Below, piece by piece: positions 28,131-41,800 of a DNA stretch of 64,000 nt. Every line of letters begins with the position of its first letter. Within the stretch, counting starts at the first letter, position 1. Position numbers and translations under genes: made by a program. Under the pieces are notes generated by a model. It was given only the letters and a program-made list of their open reading frames with translations. It was not told the origin of the DNA and did no database searches. Location: the NCBI GenBank assembly GCA_043228905.1, contig JBHGNT010000028.1:341146-405145 (forward strand), read 5' to 3'. This DNA comes from Azolla caroliniana. Lineage: Eukaryota > Plantae > Polypodiophyta.

Positions 28131-30738
28131 ATATGAACATTTTAATTTACCTACTAGCTCTTCCCAACTCACTCCTCATGTTGCTAATTTCGTCATGTCT
28201 CTCGACCTGAGTTTCAAAATCTTGTTTTTTTAATTCCATATCATAGCTAGCGTTGTAAGCTTCGATTCACATGTTTGAACACAAAAATCCGATATCACAC
28301 TCGCCAGTTATGAACATTTTAATTTACCTACTAGCTCTTCCCAACTCCCTCCTCATGTTGCTAATTTCGTGATGTCTCTCGACCTGAGTTTCAAAATCTT
28401 GATTTTTTAATTCCATATCATAGCTACCGTTGTTAGCTTCGATTCGCATGTTTGAACACAAAAATCCGATATCACACGAGCCAGGTATGAACATTTTAAT
28501 TTACTCCAGGGTTCCTCTCAACTCCCTCGTCAAGGTTGCTAATTTCGTCATGTCTCTCGACCTGAGTTTCAAAATCTTGATTTTTTAATTCCATATCATA
28601 GCTAGCGTTGTTAGCTTCGATTCGCATGTTTGAACACAAAAATCCGATATCACACTCGCCAGATATGAACATTTTAATTTACCTAGCAGCTCTTCCCAAC
28701 TCACTCCTCAAATTTGCTAATTTCGTCATGTCTCTCGACCTGAGTTTCAAAATCTTGATTTTTTAATTCCATATCATAGCTAGCGTTGTTAGCTTCGATT
28801 CGCATGTTTGAACACAAAAATCCGATATCACACGAGCCAGGTATGATCATTTTAATTTACCTACTAGCTCTTCCCAACTCACTCCTCAAATTTGCTAATT
28901 TCGTCATGTCTCTCGACGTGAGTTTCAAAATCTTGATTTTTTAATTCCATATCATAGCTAGCGTTGTTAGCTTCGATTCGCATGTTTGAACACAAAAGTC
29001 CGATATCACACTCGCCAGTTATGAACATTTTAATTTACCTAGTAGCTCTTCCCAACTACCTGCTCATGTTGCTAATTTCGTCATGTCTCTCGACCTGAGT
29101 TTCAAAATCTTGATTTTTTAATTCCATATCATAGCTAGCGTTGTTAGCTTCGATTCGCATGTTTGAACACAAAAATCCGATATCCCACTCGCCAGATATG
29201 AACATTTTAATTTACCTACTAGCTCTTCCCAACTCACTCCTCAAATTTGGGAATTTCGTCATGTCTCTCGACCTGAGTTTCAAAATCTTTATTTTTTAAT
29301 TCCATATCATAGCTAGCGTTGTAAGCTTCGATTCACATGTTTGAACACAAAAATCCGATATCACACTCGCCAGTTATGAACATTTTAATTTACCTACTAG
29401 CTCTTCCCAACTCCCTCCTCATGTTGCTAATTTCGTCATGTCTCTCGACCTGAGTTTCAAAATCTTGATTTTGTTAATTCCATATCATAGCTAGCGTTGT
29501 TAGCTTCGATTGGCATGTTTGAACACAAAAATCCGATATCACACGTGCCAGGTATGAACATTTTAATTTACCTACTAGCTCTTCCCAACTACCTGCTCAT
29601 GTTGCTAATTTCGTCATGTCTCTCGACCTGAGTTTCAAAATCTTGATTTTTTAATTCCATATCGTAGCTAGCGTTGTTAGCTTCAATTCGCATGTTTGAA
29701 CACAAAAATCCGATATCCCACTCGCCAGATATGAACATTTTAATTTACCTACTAGCTCTTCCCAACTCACTCCTCAAATTTGGGAATTTCGTCATGTCTC
29801 TCGACCTGAGTTTCAAAATCTTGTTTTTTTAATTCCATATCATAGCTAGCGTTGTAAGCTTCGATTCACATGTTTGAACACAAAAATCCGATATCACACT
29901 CGCCAGTTATGAACATTTTAATTTACCTACTAGCTCTTCCCAACTCCCTCCTCATGTTGCTAATTTCGTGATGTCTCTCGACCTGAGTTTCAAAATCTTG
30001 ATTTTGTTAATTCCATATCATAGCTAGCGTTGTTAGCTTCGATTCACATGTTTGAACACAAAAATCCGATATCACACTCGCCAGATATGAACATTCTAAT
30101 TTACCTACTAGCTCTTCCCAACTACCTGCTCATGTTGCTAATTTCGTCATGTCTCTCGACCTGAGTTTCAAAATCTTGATTTTTTAATTCCATATCATAG
30201 CTAGCGTTGTTAGCTTCGATTCGCATGTTTGAACACAAAAATCCGATATGACACTCGCCAGATATGAACATTTTAATTTACCTACTAGCTCTTCCCAACT
30301 CACTCCTCATGTTGCTAATTTCGTCATGTCTCTCGACCTGAGTTTCAAAATCTTGATTTTTTAATTCCATATCATAGCTAGCGTTGTAAGCTTCGATTCA
30401 CATGTTTGAACACAAAAATCCGATATGACACTCGCCAGTTATGAACATTTTAATTTACCTAGTAGCTCTTCCCAACTCCCTCCTCATGTTGCTAATTTCG
30501 TCATGTCTCTCGACCTGAGTTTCAAAATCTTTATTTTTTAATTCCATATCATAGCTAGCGTTGTAAGCTTCGATTCGCATGTTTGAACACAAAAATCCGA
30601 TATCACACTCGCCAGTTATGAACATTTTAATTTACCTACTAGCTCTTCCCAACTCCCTCCTCATGTTGCTAATTTCGTCATGTCTCTCGACCTGAGTTTC
30701 AAAATCTTGATTTTGTTAATTCCATATCATAGCTAGCG

Positions 30739-32875
30739 TTGTTAGCTTCGATTGGCATGTTTGAACACAAAAATCCGATATCACACGTGCCAGGTATGAT
30801 CATTTTAATTTACTCAAGGGCTCTTCTCAACTCCCTCGTCAAGGTTGCTAATTTCGTCATGTCTCTCGACCTGAGTTTCAAAATCTTGATTTTTTCATTC
30901 CATATCATAGCTAGCGTTGTTAGCTTCGATTCGCATGTTTGAACACAAAAAACCGATATCACACTCACCAGATATGAACGTTTTAATTTACCTAGCAGCT
31001 CTTCCCAACTCACTCCTCAAATTTGGGAATTTCGTCATATCTCTCGACCTGAGTTTCAAAATCTTGATTTTTTAATTCCATATCATAGCTAGCGTTGTGA
31101 GCTTCGATTCGCATGTTTGAACACAAAAATCCGATATCACACTCGCCAGATATGAACATTTTAATTTACCTAGCAGCTCTTCCCAACTCACTCCTCAAAT
31201 TTGCTAATTTCGTCATGTCTCTCGACCTGCGTTTCAAAATCTTCATTTTTTAATTCCATATCATAGCTACCGTTGTGAGCTTCCATTCGCATGTTTGAAC
31301 ACAAAAAACCGATATCACACTCACCAGATATGAACATTTTAATTTACCTACTAGCTCTTCCCAACTCCCTCCTCATGTTGCTAATTTCGTCATGTCTCTC
31401 GACCTGAGTTTCAAAATCTTGATTTTGTTAATTCCATATCATAGCTAGCGTTGTTAGCTTCAATTCACATGTTTGAACACAAAAATCCGATATCACACGT
31501 GCCAGGTATGATCATTTTAATTTACTCAAGGGCTCTTCTCAACTCCCTCGTCAAGGTTGCTAATTTCGTCATGTCTCTCGACCTGAGTTTCAAAATCTTG
31601 ATTTTTTCATTCCATATCATAGCTAGCGTTGTTAGCTTCGATTCGCATGTTTGAACACAAAAAACCGATATCACACTCACCAGATATGAACGTTTTAATT
31701 TACCTAGCAGCTCTTCCCAACTCACTCCTCAAATTTGGGAATTTCGTCATATCTCTCGACCTGAGTTTCAAAATCTTGATTTTTTAATTCCATATCATAG
31801 CTAGCGTTGTGAGCTTCGATTCGCATGTTTGAACACAAAAATCCGATATCACACTCGCCAGATATGAACATTTTAATTTACCTAGCAGCTCTTCCCAACT
31901 CACTCCTCAAATTTGCTAATTTCGTCATGTCTCTCGACCTGCGTTTCAAAATCTTCATTTTTTAATTCCATATCATAGCTACCGTTGTGAGCTTCCATTC
32001 GCATGTTTGAACACAAAAAACCGATATCACACTCACCAGATATGAACATTTTAATTTACCTACTAGCTCTTCCCAACTCCCTCCTCATGTTGCTAATTTC
32101 GTCATGTCTCTCGACCTGAGTTTCAAAATCTTGATTTTGTTAATTCCATATCATAGCTAGCGTTGTTAGCTTCAATTCACATGTTTGAACACAAAAATCC
32201 GATATCACACGTGCCAGGTATGATCATTTTAATTTACTCAAGGGCTCTTCTCAACTCCCTCGTCAAGGTTGCTAATTTCGTCATGTCTCTCGACCTGAGT
32301 TTCAAAATCTTGATTTTTTCATTCCATATCATAGCTAGCGTTGTTAGCTTCGATTCGCATGTTTGAACACAAAAAACCGATATCACACTCACCAGATATG
32401 AACGTTTTAATTTACCTAGCAGCTCTTCCCAACTCCCTCCTCAAATTTGGGAATTTCGTCATATCTCTCGACCTGAGTTTCAAAATCTTGATTTTTTAAT
32501 TCCATATCATAGCTAGCGTTGTGAGCTTCGATTCGCATGTTTGAACACAAAAATCCGATATCACACTCGCCAGATATGAACATTTTAATTTACCTAGCAG
32601 CTCTTCCCAACTCACTCCTCAAATTTGCTAATTTCGTCATGTCTCTCGACCTGCGTTTCAAAATCTTCATTTTTTAATTCCATATCATAGCTACCGTTGT
32701 GAGCTTCCATTCGCATGTTTGAACACAAAAAACCGATATCACACTCACCAGATATGAACATTTTAATTTACCTACTAGCTCTTCCCAACTCCCTCCTCAT
32801 GTTGCTAATTTCGTCATGTCTCTCGACCTGAGTTTCAAAATCTTGATTTTGTTAATTCCATATCATAGCTAGCGT
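30739..32875. repeat. 4-monomer HOR (712 bp) in three copies; a two-copy version starts at 22566
   Basis: ORF-track starts at 30739/31451/32163 and 22566/23278 (offset 712). Each unit carries the marker GAACGTTTT. The two zones are related by offset 8173. Confidence 0.8.
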
Positions 32876-35800
32876 TGTTAGCTTCAATTCACATGTTTGA
32901 ACACAAAAATCCGATATCACACTCGCCAGATATGAACATTTTAATTTACCTACTAGCTCTTCCCAACTACCTGCTCATGTTGCTAATTTCGTCATGTCTC
33001 TCGACCTGAGTTTCAAAATCTTGATTTTTTAATTCCATATCGTAGCTAGCGTTGTTAGCTTCAATTCGCATGTTTGAACACAAAAATCCGATATCACACT
33101 CGCCAGATATGAACATTTTAATTTACCTACTAGCTCTTCCCAACTCCCTCCTCATGTTGCTAATTTCGTGATGTCTCTCGACCTGAGTTTCAAAATCTTG
33201 ATTTTGTTAATTCCATATCATAGCTAGCGTTGTTAGCTTCGATTCGCATGTTTGAACACAAAAAACCGATATCACACTCACCAGATATGAACATTTTAAT
33301 TTACCTACTAGCTCTTCCCAACTCACTCCTCATGTTGCTAATTTCGTCATGTCTCTCGACCTGAGTTTCAAAATCTTGATTTTGTTAATTCCATATCATA
33401 GCTAGCGTTGTTAGCTTCAATTCACATGTTTGAACACAAAAATCCGATATCACACTCGCCAGATATGAACATTTTAATTTACCTACTAGCTCTTCCCAAC
33501 TCCCTCCTCATGTTGCTAATTTCGTGATGTCTCTCGACCTGAGTTTCAAAATCTTGATTTTGTTAATTCCATATCATAGCTAGCGTTGTTAGCTTCGATT
33601 CGCATGTTTGAACACAAAAAACCGATATCACACTCACCAGATATGAACATTTTAATTTACCTACTAGCTCTTCCCAACTCACTCCTCATGTTGCTAATTT
33701 CGTCATGTCTCTCGACCTGAGTTTCAAAATCTTGTTTTTTTAATTCCATATCATAGCTAGCGTTGTGAGCTTCGATTCGCATGTTTGAACACAAAAATCC
33801 GATATCACACTCGCCAGATATGAACATTTTAATTTACCTAGCAGCTCTTCCCAACTCACTCCTCAAATTTGCTAATTTCGTCATGTCTCTCGACCTGCGT
33901 TTCAAAATCTTCATTTTTTAATTCCATATCATAGCTACCGTTGTGAGCTTCCATTCGCATGTTTGAACACAAAAAACCGATATCACACTCACCAGATATG
34001 AACATTTTAATTTACCTACTAGCTCTTCCCAACTACCTGCTCATGTTGCTAATTTCGTCATGTCTCTCGACCTGAGTTTCAAAATCTTGATTTTGTTAAT
34101 TCCATATCATAGCTAGCGTTGTTAGCTTCGATTCACATGTTTGAACACAAAAATCCGATATCACACGAGCCAGGTATGAACATTTTAATTTACTCCAGGG
34201 TTCCTCTCAACTCCCTCGTCAAGGTTGCTAATTTCGTCATGTCTCTCGACCTGAGTTTCAAAATCTTGATTTTTTAATTCCATATCATAGCTAGCGTTGT
34301 TAGCTTCGATTCGCATGTTTGAACACAAAAATCCGATATGACACTCGCCAGGTATGATCATTTTAATTTACTCAAGGGCTCTTCTCAACTCCCTCGTCAA
34401 GGTTGCTAATTTCGTCATGTCTCTCGACCTGAGTTTCAAAATCTTGATTTTTTCATTCCATATCATAGCTAGCGTTGTTAGCTTCGATTCGCATGTTTGA
34501 ACACAAAAAACCGATATCACACTCACCAGATATGAACATTTTAATTTACCTACTAGCTCTTCCCAACTCACTCCTCATGTTGCTAATTTCGTCATGTCTC
34601 TCGACCTGAGTTTCAAAATCTTGTTTTTTTAATTCCATATCATAGCTAGCGTTGTAAGCTTCGATTCACATGTTTGAACACAAAAATCCGATATCACACT
34701 CGCCAGTTATGAACATTTTAATTTACCTACTAGCTCTTCCCAACTCCCTCCTCATGTTGCTAATTTCGTGATGTCTCTCGACCTGAGTTTCAAAATCTTG
34801 ATTTTTTAATTCCATATCATAGCTACCGTTGTTAGCTTCGATTCGCATGTTTGAACACAAAAATCCGATATCACACGAGCCAGGTATGAACATTTTAATT
34901 TACTCCAGGGTTCCTCTCAACTCCCTCGTCAAGGTTGCTAATTTCGTCATGTCTCTCGACCTGAGTTTCAAAATCTTGATTTTTTAATTCCATATCATAG
35001 CTAGCGTTGTTAGCTTCGATTCGCATGTTTGAACACAAAAATCCGATATCACACTCACCAGATATGAACATTTTAATTTACCTACTAGCTCTTCCCAACT
35101 CACTCCTCATGTTGCTAATTTCGTCATGTCTCTCGACCTGAGTTTCAAAATCTTGATTTTGTTAATTCCATATCATAGCTAGCGTTGTTAGCTTCAATTC
35201 ACATGTTTGAACACAAAAATCCGATATCACACTCGCTAGTTATGAACATTTTAATTTACCTACTAGCTCTTCCCAACTCCCTCCTCATGTTGCTAATTTC
35301 GTGATGTCTCTCGACCTGAGTTTCAAAATCTTGATTTTGTTAATTCCATATCATAGCTAGCGTTGTTAGCTTCGATTGGCATGTTTGAACACAAACATCC
35401 GATATCACACGAGCCAGGTATGATCATTTTAATTTACTCAAGGGCTCTTCTCAACTCCCTCGTCAAGGTTGCTAATTTCGTCATGTCTCTCGACCTGAGT
35501 TTCAAAATCTTGATTTTTTCATTCCATATCATAGCTAGCGTTGTTAGCTTCGATTCGCATGTTTGAACACAAAAAACCGATATCACACTCACCAGATATG
35601 AACATTTTAATTTACCTAGCAGCTCTTCCCAACTCACTCCTCAAATTTGGGAATTTCGTCATATCTCTCGACCTGAGTTTCAAAATCTTGATTTTTTAAT
35701 TCCATATCATAGCTAGCGTTGTTAGGTTCGATTCGCATGTTTGAACACAAAAATCCGATATCACACTCGCCAGATATGAACATTTTAATTTACCTAGCAG

Positions 35801-38800
35801 CTCTTCCCAACTCACTCCTCAAATTTGCTAATTTCGTCATGTCTCTCGACCTGCGTTTGAAAATCTTCATTTTTTAATTCCATATCATATCTAGCGTTGT
35901 TAGCTTCGATTCGCATGTTTGAACACAAAAAACCGATATCACACTCACCAGATATGAACATTTTAATTTACCTACTAGCTCTTCCCAACTCACTCCTCAT
36001 GTTGCTAATTTCGTCATGTCTCTCGACCTGAGTTTCAAAATCTTGATTTTTTAATTCCATATCATAGCTACCGTTGTTAGCTTCCATTCGCATCTTTGAA
36101 CACAAAAAACCGATATCACACTCACCAGATATGAACATTTTAATTTACCTACTAGCTCTTCCCAACTCACTCCTCATGTTGCTAATTTCGTCATGTCTCT
36201 CGACCTGAGTTTCAAAATCTTGATTTTTTAATTCCATATCATAGCTAGCGTTGTAAGCTTCGATTCACATGTTTGAACACAAAAATCCGATATCACACTC
36301 GCCAGGTATGAACATTTTAATTTACCTACTAGATCTTCCCAACTCCCTCCTCATGTTGCTAATTTCGTGATGTCTCTCGACCTGAGTTTCAAAATCTTGA
36401 TTTTTTAATTCCATATCATAGCTAGCGTTGTTAGCTTCAATTCGCATGTTTGAACACAAAAATCCGATATCACACTCGCCAGATATGAACATTTTAATTT
36501 ACCTACTAGCTCTTCCCAACTCCCTCCTCATGTTGCTAATTTCGTGATGTCTCTCGACCTGAGTTTCAAAATCTTGATTTTGTTAATTCCATATCATAGC
36601 TAGCGTTGTTAGCTTCGATTCGCATGTTTGAACACAAAAAACCGATATCACACTCACCAGATATGAACATTTTAATTTACCTACTAGCTCTTCCCAACTC
36701 ACTCCTCATGTTGCTAATTTCGTCATGTCTCTCGACCTGAGTTTCAAAATCTTGTTTTTTTAATTCCATATCATAGCTAGCGTTGTAAGCTTCGATTCAC
36801 ATGTTTGAACACAAAAATCCGATATCACACTCGCCAGTTATGAACATTTTAATTTACCTACTAGCTCTTCCCAACTCCCTCCTCATGTTGCTAATTTCGT
36901 GATGTCTCTCGACCTGAGTTTCAAAATCTTGATTTTGTTAATTCCATATCATAGCTAGCGTTGTTAGCTTCGATTCACATGTTTGAACACAAAAATCCGA
37001 TATCACACTCGCCAGATATGAACATTTTAATTTACCTACTAGCTCTTCCCAACTACCTGCTCATGTTGCTAATTTCGTCATGTCTCTCGACCTGAGTTTC
37101 AAAATCTTGATTTTTTAATTCCATATCATAGCTAGCGTTGTTAGCTTCGATTCGCATGTTTGAACACAAAAATCCGATATGACACTCGCCAGGTATGATC
37201 ATTTTAATTTACTCAAGGGCTCTTCTCAACTCCCTCGTCAAGGTTGCTAATTTCGTCATGTCTCTCGACCTGAGTTTCAAAATCTTGATTTTTTCATTCC
37301 ATATCATAGCTAGCGTTGTTAGCTTCGATTCGCATGTTTGAACACAAAAAACCGATATCACACTCACCAGATATGAACATTTTAATTTACCTACTAGCTC
37401 TTCCCAACTCACTCCTCATGTTGCTAATTTCGTCATGTCTCTCGACCTGAGTTTCAAAATCTTGTTTTTTTAATTCCATATCATAGCTAGCGTTGTAAGC
37501 TTCGATTCACATGTTTGAACACAAAAATCCGATATCACACTCGCCAGTTATGAACATTTTAATTTACCTACTAGCTCTTCCCAACTCCCTCCTCATGTTG
37601 CTAATTTCGTGATGTCTCTCGACCTGAGTTTCAAAATCTTGATTTTTTAATTCCATATCATAGCTAGCGTTGTTAGCTTCGATTCGCATGTTTGAACACA
37701 AAAATCCGATATCACACGAGCCAGGTATGAACATTTTAATTTACTCCAGGGTTCCTCTCAACTCCCTCGTCAAGGTTGCTAATTTCGTCATGTCTCTCGA
37801 CCTGAGTTTCAAAATCTTGTTTTTTTAATTCCATATCATAGCTAGCGTTGTAAGCTTCGATTCACATGTTTGAACACAAAAATCCGATATCACACTCGCC
37901 AGTTATGAACATTTTAATTTACCTACTAGCTCTTCCCAACTCCCTCCTCATGTTGCTAATTTCGTGATGTCTCTCGACCTGAGTTTCAAAATCTTGATTT
38001 TGTTAATTCCATATCATAGCTAGCGTTGTTAGCTTCGATTCACATGTTTGAACACAAAAATCCGATATCACACTCGCCAGATATGAACATTTTAATTTAC
38101 CTACTAGCTCTTCCCAACTACCTGCTCATGTTGCTAATTTCGTCATGTCTCTCGACCTGAGTTTTAAAATCTTGATTTTTTAATTCCATATCACAGCTAG
38201 CGTTGTTAGCTTCGATTCGCATGTTTGAACACAAAAATCCGATATCACACGAGCCAGGTATGAACATTTTAATTTACTCCAGGGTTCCTCTCAACTCCCT
38301 CGTCAAGGTTGCTAATTTCGTCATGTCTCTCGACCTGAGTTTCAAAATCTTGATTTTTTAATTCCATATCATAGCTAGCGTTGTTAGCTTCGATTCGCAT
38401 GTTTGAACACAAAAATCCGATATCACACTCGCCAGATATGAACATTTTAATTTACCTAGCAGCTCTTCCCAACTCACTCCTCAAATTTGCTAATTTCGTC
38501 ATGTCTCTCGACCTGAGTTTCAAAATCTTGATTTTTTAATTCCATATCATAGCTAGTGTTGTTAGCTTCGATTCGCATGTTTGAACACAAAAATCCGATA
38601 TCACACGAGCCAGGTATGATCATTTTAATTTACCTACTAGCTCTTCCCAACTCACTCCTCAAATTTGCTAATTTCGTCATGTCTCTCGACGTGAGTTTCA
38701 AAATCTTGATTTTTTAATTCCATATCATAGCTAGCGTTGTTAGCTTCGATTCGCATGTTTGAACACAAAAGTCCGATATCACACTCGCCAGTTATGAACA

Positions 38801-41800
38801 TTTTAATTTACCTAGTAGCTCTTCCCAACTACCTGCTCATGTTGCTAATTTCGTCATGTCTCTCGACCTGAGTTTCAAAATCTTGATTTTTTAATTCCAT
38901 ATCATAGCTAGCGTTGTTAGCTTCGATTCGCATGTTTGAACACAAAAATCCGATATCCCACTCGCCAGATATGAACATTTTAATTTACCTACTAGCTCTT
39001 CCCAACTCACTCCTCAAATTTGGGAATTTCGACATGTCTCTCGACCTGAGTTTCAAAATCTTTATTTTTTAATTCCATATCATAGCTAGCGTTGTAAGCT
39101 TCGATTCACATGTTTGAACACAAAAATCCGATATCACACTCGCCAGTTATGAACATTTTAATTTACCTACTAGCTCTTCCCAACTCCCTCCTCATGTTGC
39201 TAATTTCGTCATGTCTCTCGACCTGAGTTTCAAAATCTTGATTTTGTTAATTCCATATCATAGCTAGCGTTGTTAGCTTCGATTGGCATGTTTGAACACA
39301 AAAATCCGATATCACACGTGCCAGGTATGATCATTTTAATTTACTCAAGGGCTCTTCTCAACTCCCTCGTCAAGGTTGCTAATTTCGTCATGTCTCTCGA
39401 CCTGAGTTTCAAAATCTTGATTTTTTCATTCCATATCATAGCTAGCGTTGTTAGCTTCGATTCGCATGTTTGAACACAAAAAACCGATATCACACTCACC
39501 AGATATGAACATTTTAATTTACCTAGCAGCTCTTCCCAACTCACTCCTCAAATTTGGGAATTTCGTCATATCTCTCGACCTGAGTTTCAAAATCTTGATT
39601 TTTTAATTCCATATCATAGCTAGCGTTGTTAGGTTCGATTCGCATGTTTGAACACAAAAATCCGATATCACACTCGCCAGATATGAACATTTTAATTTAC
39701 CTAGCAGCTCTTCCCAACTCACTCCTCAAATTTGCTAATTTCGTCATGTCTCTCGACCTGCGTTTCAAAATCTTCATTTTTTAATTCCATATCTTGTCTA
39801 GCGTTGTTAGCTTCGATTCGCATGTTTGAACACAAAAAACCGATATCACACTCACCAGATATGAACATTTTAATTTACCTACTAGCTCTTCCCAACTCAC
39901 TCCTCATGTTGCTAATTTCGTCATGTCTCTCGACCTGAGTTTCAAAATCTTGATTTTTTAATTCCATATCATAGCTACCGTTGTTAGCTTCCATTCGCAT
40001 CTTTGAACACAAAAAACCGATATCACACTCACCAGATATGAACATTTTAATTTACCTACTAGCTCTTCCCAACTCACTCCTCATGTTGCTAATTTCGTCA
40101 TGTCTCTCGACCTGAGTTTCAAAATCTTGATTTTTTCATTCCATATCATAGCTAGCGTTGTTAGCTTCGATTCGCATGTTTGAACACAAAAATCCGATAT
40201 CACACTCGCCAGGTATGAACATTTTAATTTACCTACTAGATCTTCCCAACTCCCTCCTCATGTTGCTAATTTCGTGATGTCTCTCGACCTGAGTTTCAAA
40301 ATCTTGATTTTTTAATTCCATATCATAGCTAGCGTTGTTAGCTTCAATTCGCATGTTTGAACACAAAAATCCGATATCACACTCGCCAGATATGAACATT
40401 TTAATTTACCTACTAGCTCTTCCCAACTCCCTCCTCATGTTGCTAATTTCGTGATGTCTCTCGACCTGAGTTTCAAAATCTTGATTTTGTTAATTCCATA
40501 TCATAGCTAGCGTTGTTAGCTTCGATTCGCATGTTTGAACACAAAAAACCGATATCACACTCACCAGATATGAACATTTTAATTTACCTACTAGCTCTTC
40601 CCAACTCACTCCTCATGTTGCAAATTTCGTCATGTCTCTCGACCTCAGTTTCAAAATCTTGTTTTTTTAATTCCATATCATAGCTAGCGTTGTAAGCTTC
40701 GATTCACATGTTTGAACACAAAAATCCGATATCACACTCGCCAGTTATGAACATTTTAATTTACCTACTAGCTCTTCCCAACTCCCTCCTCATGTTGCTA
40801 ATTTCGTGATGTCTCTCGACCTGAGTTTCAAAATCTTGATTTTGTTAATTCCATATCATAGCTAGCGTTGTTAGCTTCGATTCACATGTTTGAACACAAA
40901 AATCCGATATCACACTCGCCAGATATGAACATTTTAATTTACCTACTAGCTCTTCCCAACTACCTGCTCATGTTGCTAATTTCGTCATGTCTCTCGACCT
41001 GAGTTTCAAAATCTTGATTTTTTAATTCCATATCATAGCTAGCGTTGTTAGCTTCGATTCGCATGTTTGAACACAAAAATCCGATATGACACTCGCCAGG
41101 TATGATCATTTTAATTTACTCAAGGGCTCTTCTCAACTCCCTCGTCAAGGTTGCTAATTTCGTCATGTCTCTCGACCTGAGTTTCAAAATCTTGATTTTT
41201 TCATTCCATATCATAGCTAGCGTTGTTAGCTTCGATTCGCATGTTTGAACACAAAAAACCGATATCACACTCACCAGATATGAACATTTTAATTTACCTA
41301 CTAGCTCTTCCCAACTCACTCCTCATGTTGCTAATTTCGTCATGTCTCTCGACCTGAGTTTCAAAATCTTGTTTTTTTAATTCCATATCATAGCTAGCGT
41401 TGTAAGCTTCGATTCACATGTTTGAACACAAAAATCCGATATCACACTCGCCAGTTATGAACATTTTAATTTACCTACTATCTCTTCCCAACTCCCTCCT
41501 CATGTTGCTAATTTCGTGATGTCTCTCGACCTGAGTTTCAAAATCTTGATTTTTTAATTCCATATCATAGCTAGCGTTGTTAGCTTCGATTCGCATGTTT
41601 GAACACAAAAATCCGATATCACACGAGCCAGGTATGAACATTTTAATTTACTCCAGGGTTCCTCTCAACTCCCTCGTCAAGGTTGCTAATTTCGTCATGT
41701 CTCTCGACCTGAGTTTCAAAATCTTGATTTTTTAATTCCATATCATAGCTAGCGTTGTTAGCTTCGATTCGCATGTTTGAACACAAAAATCCGATATCAC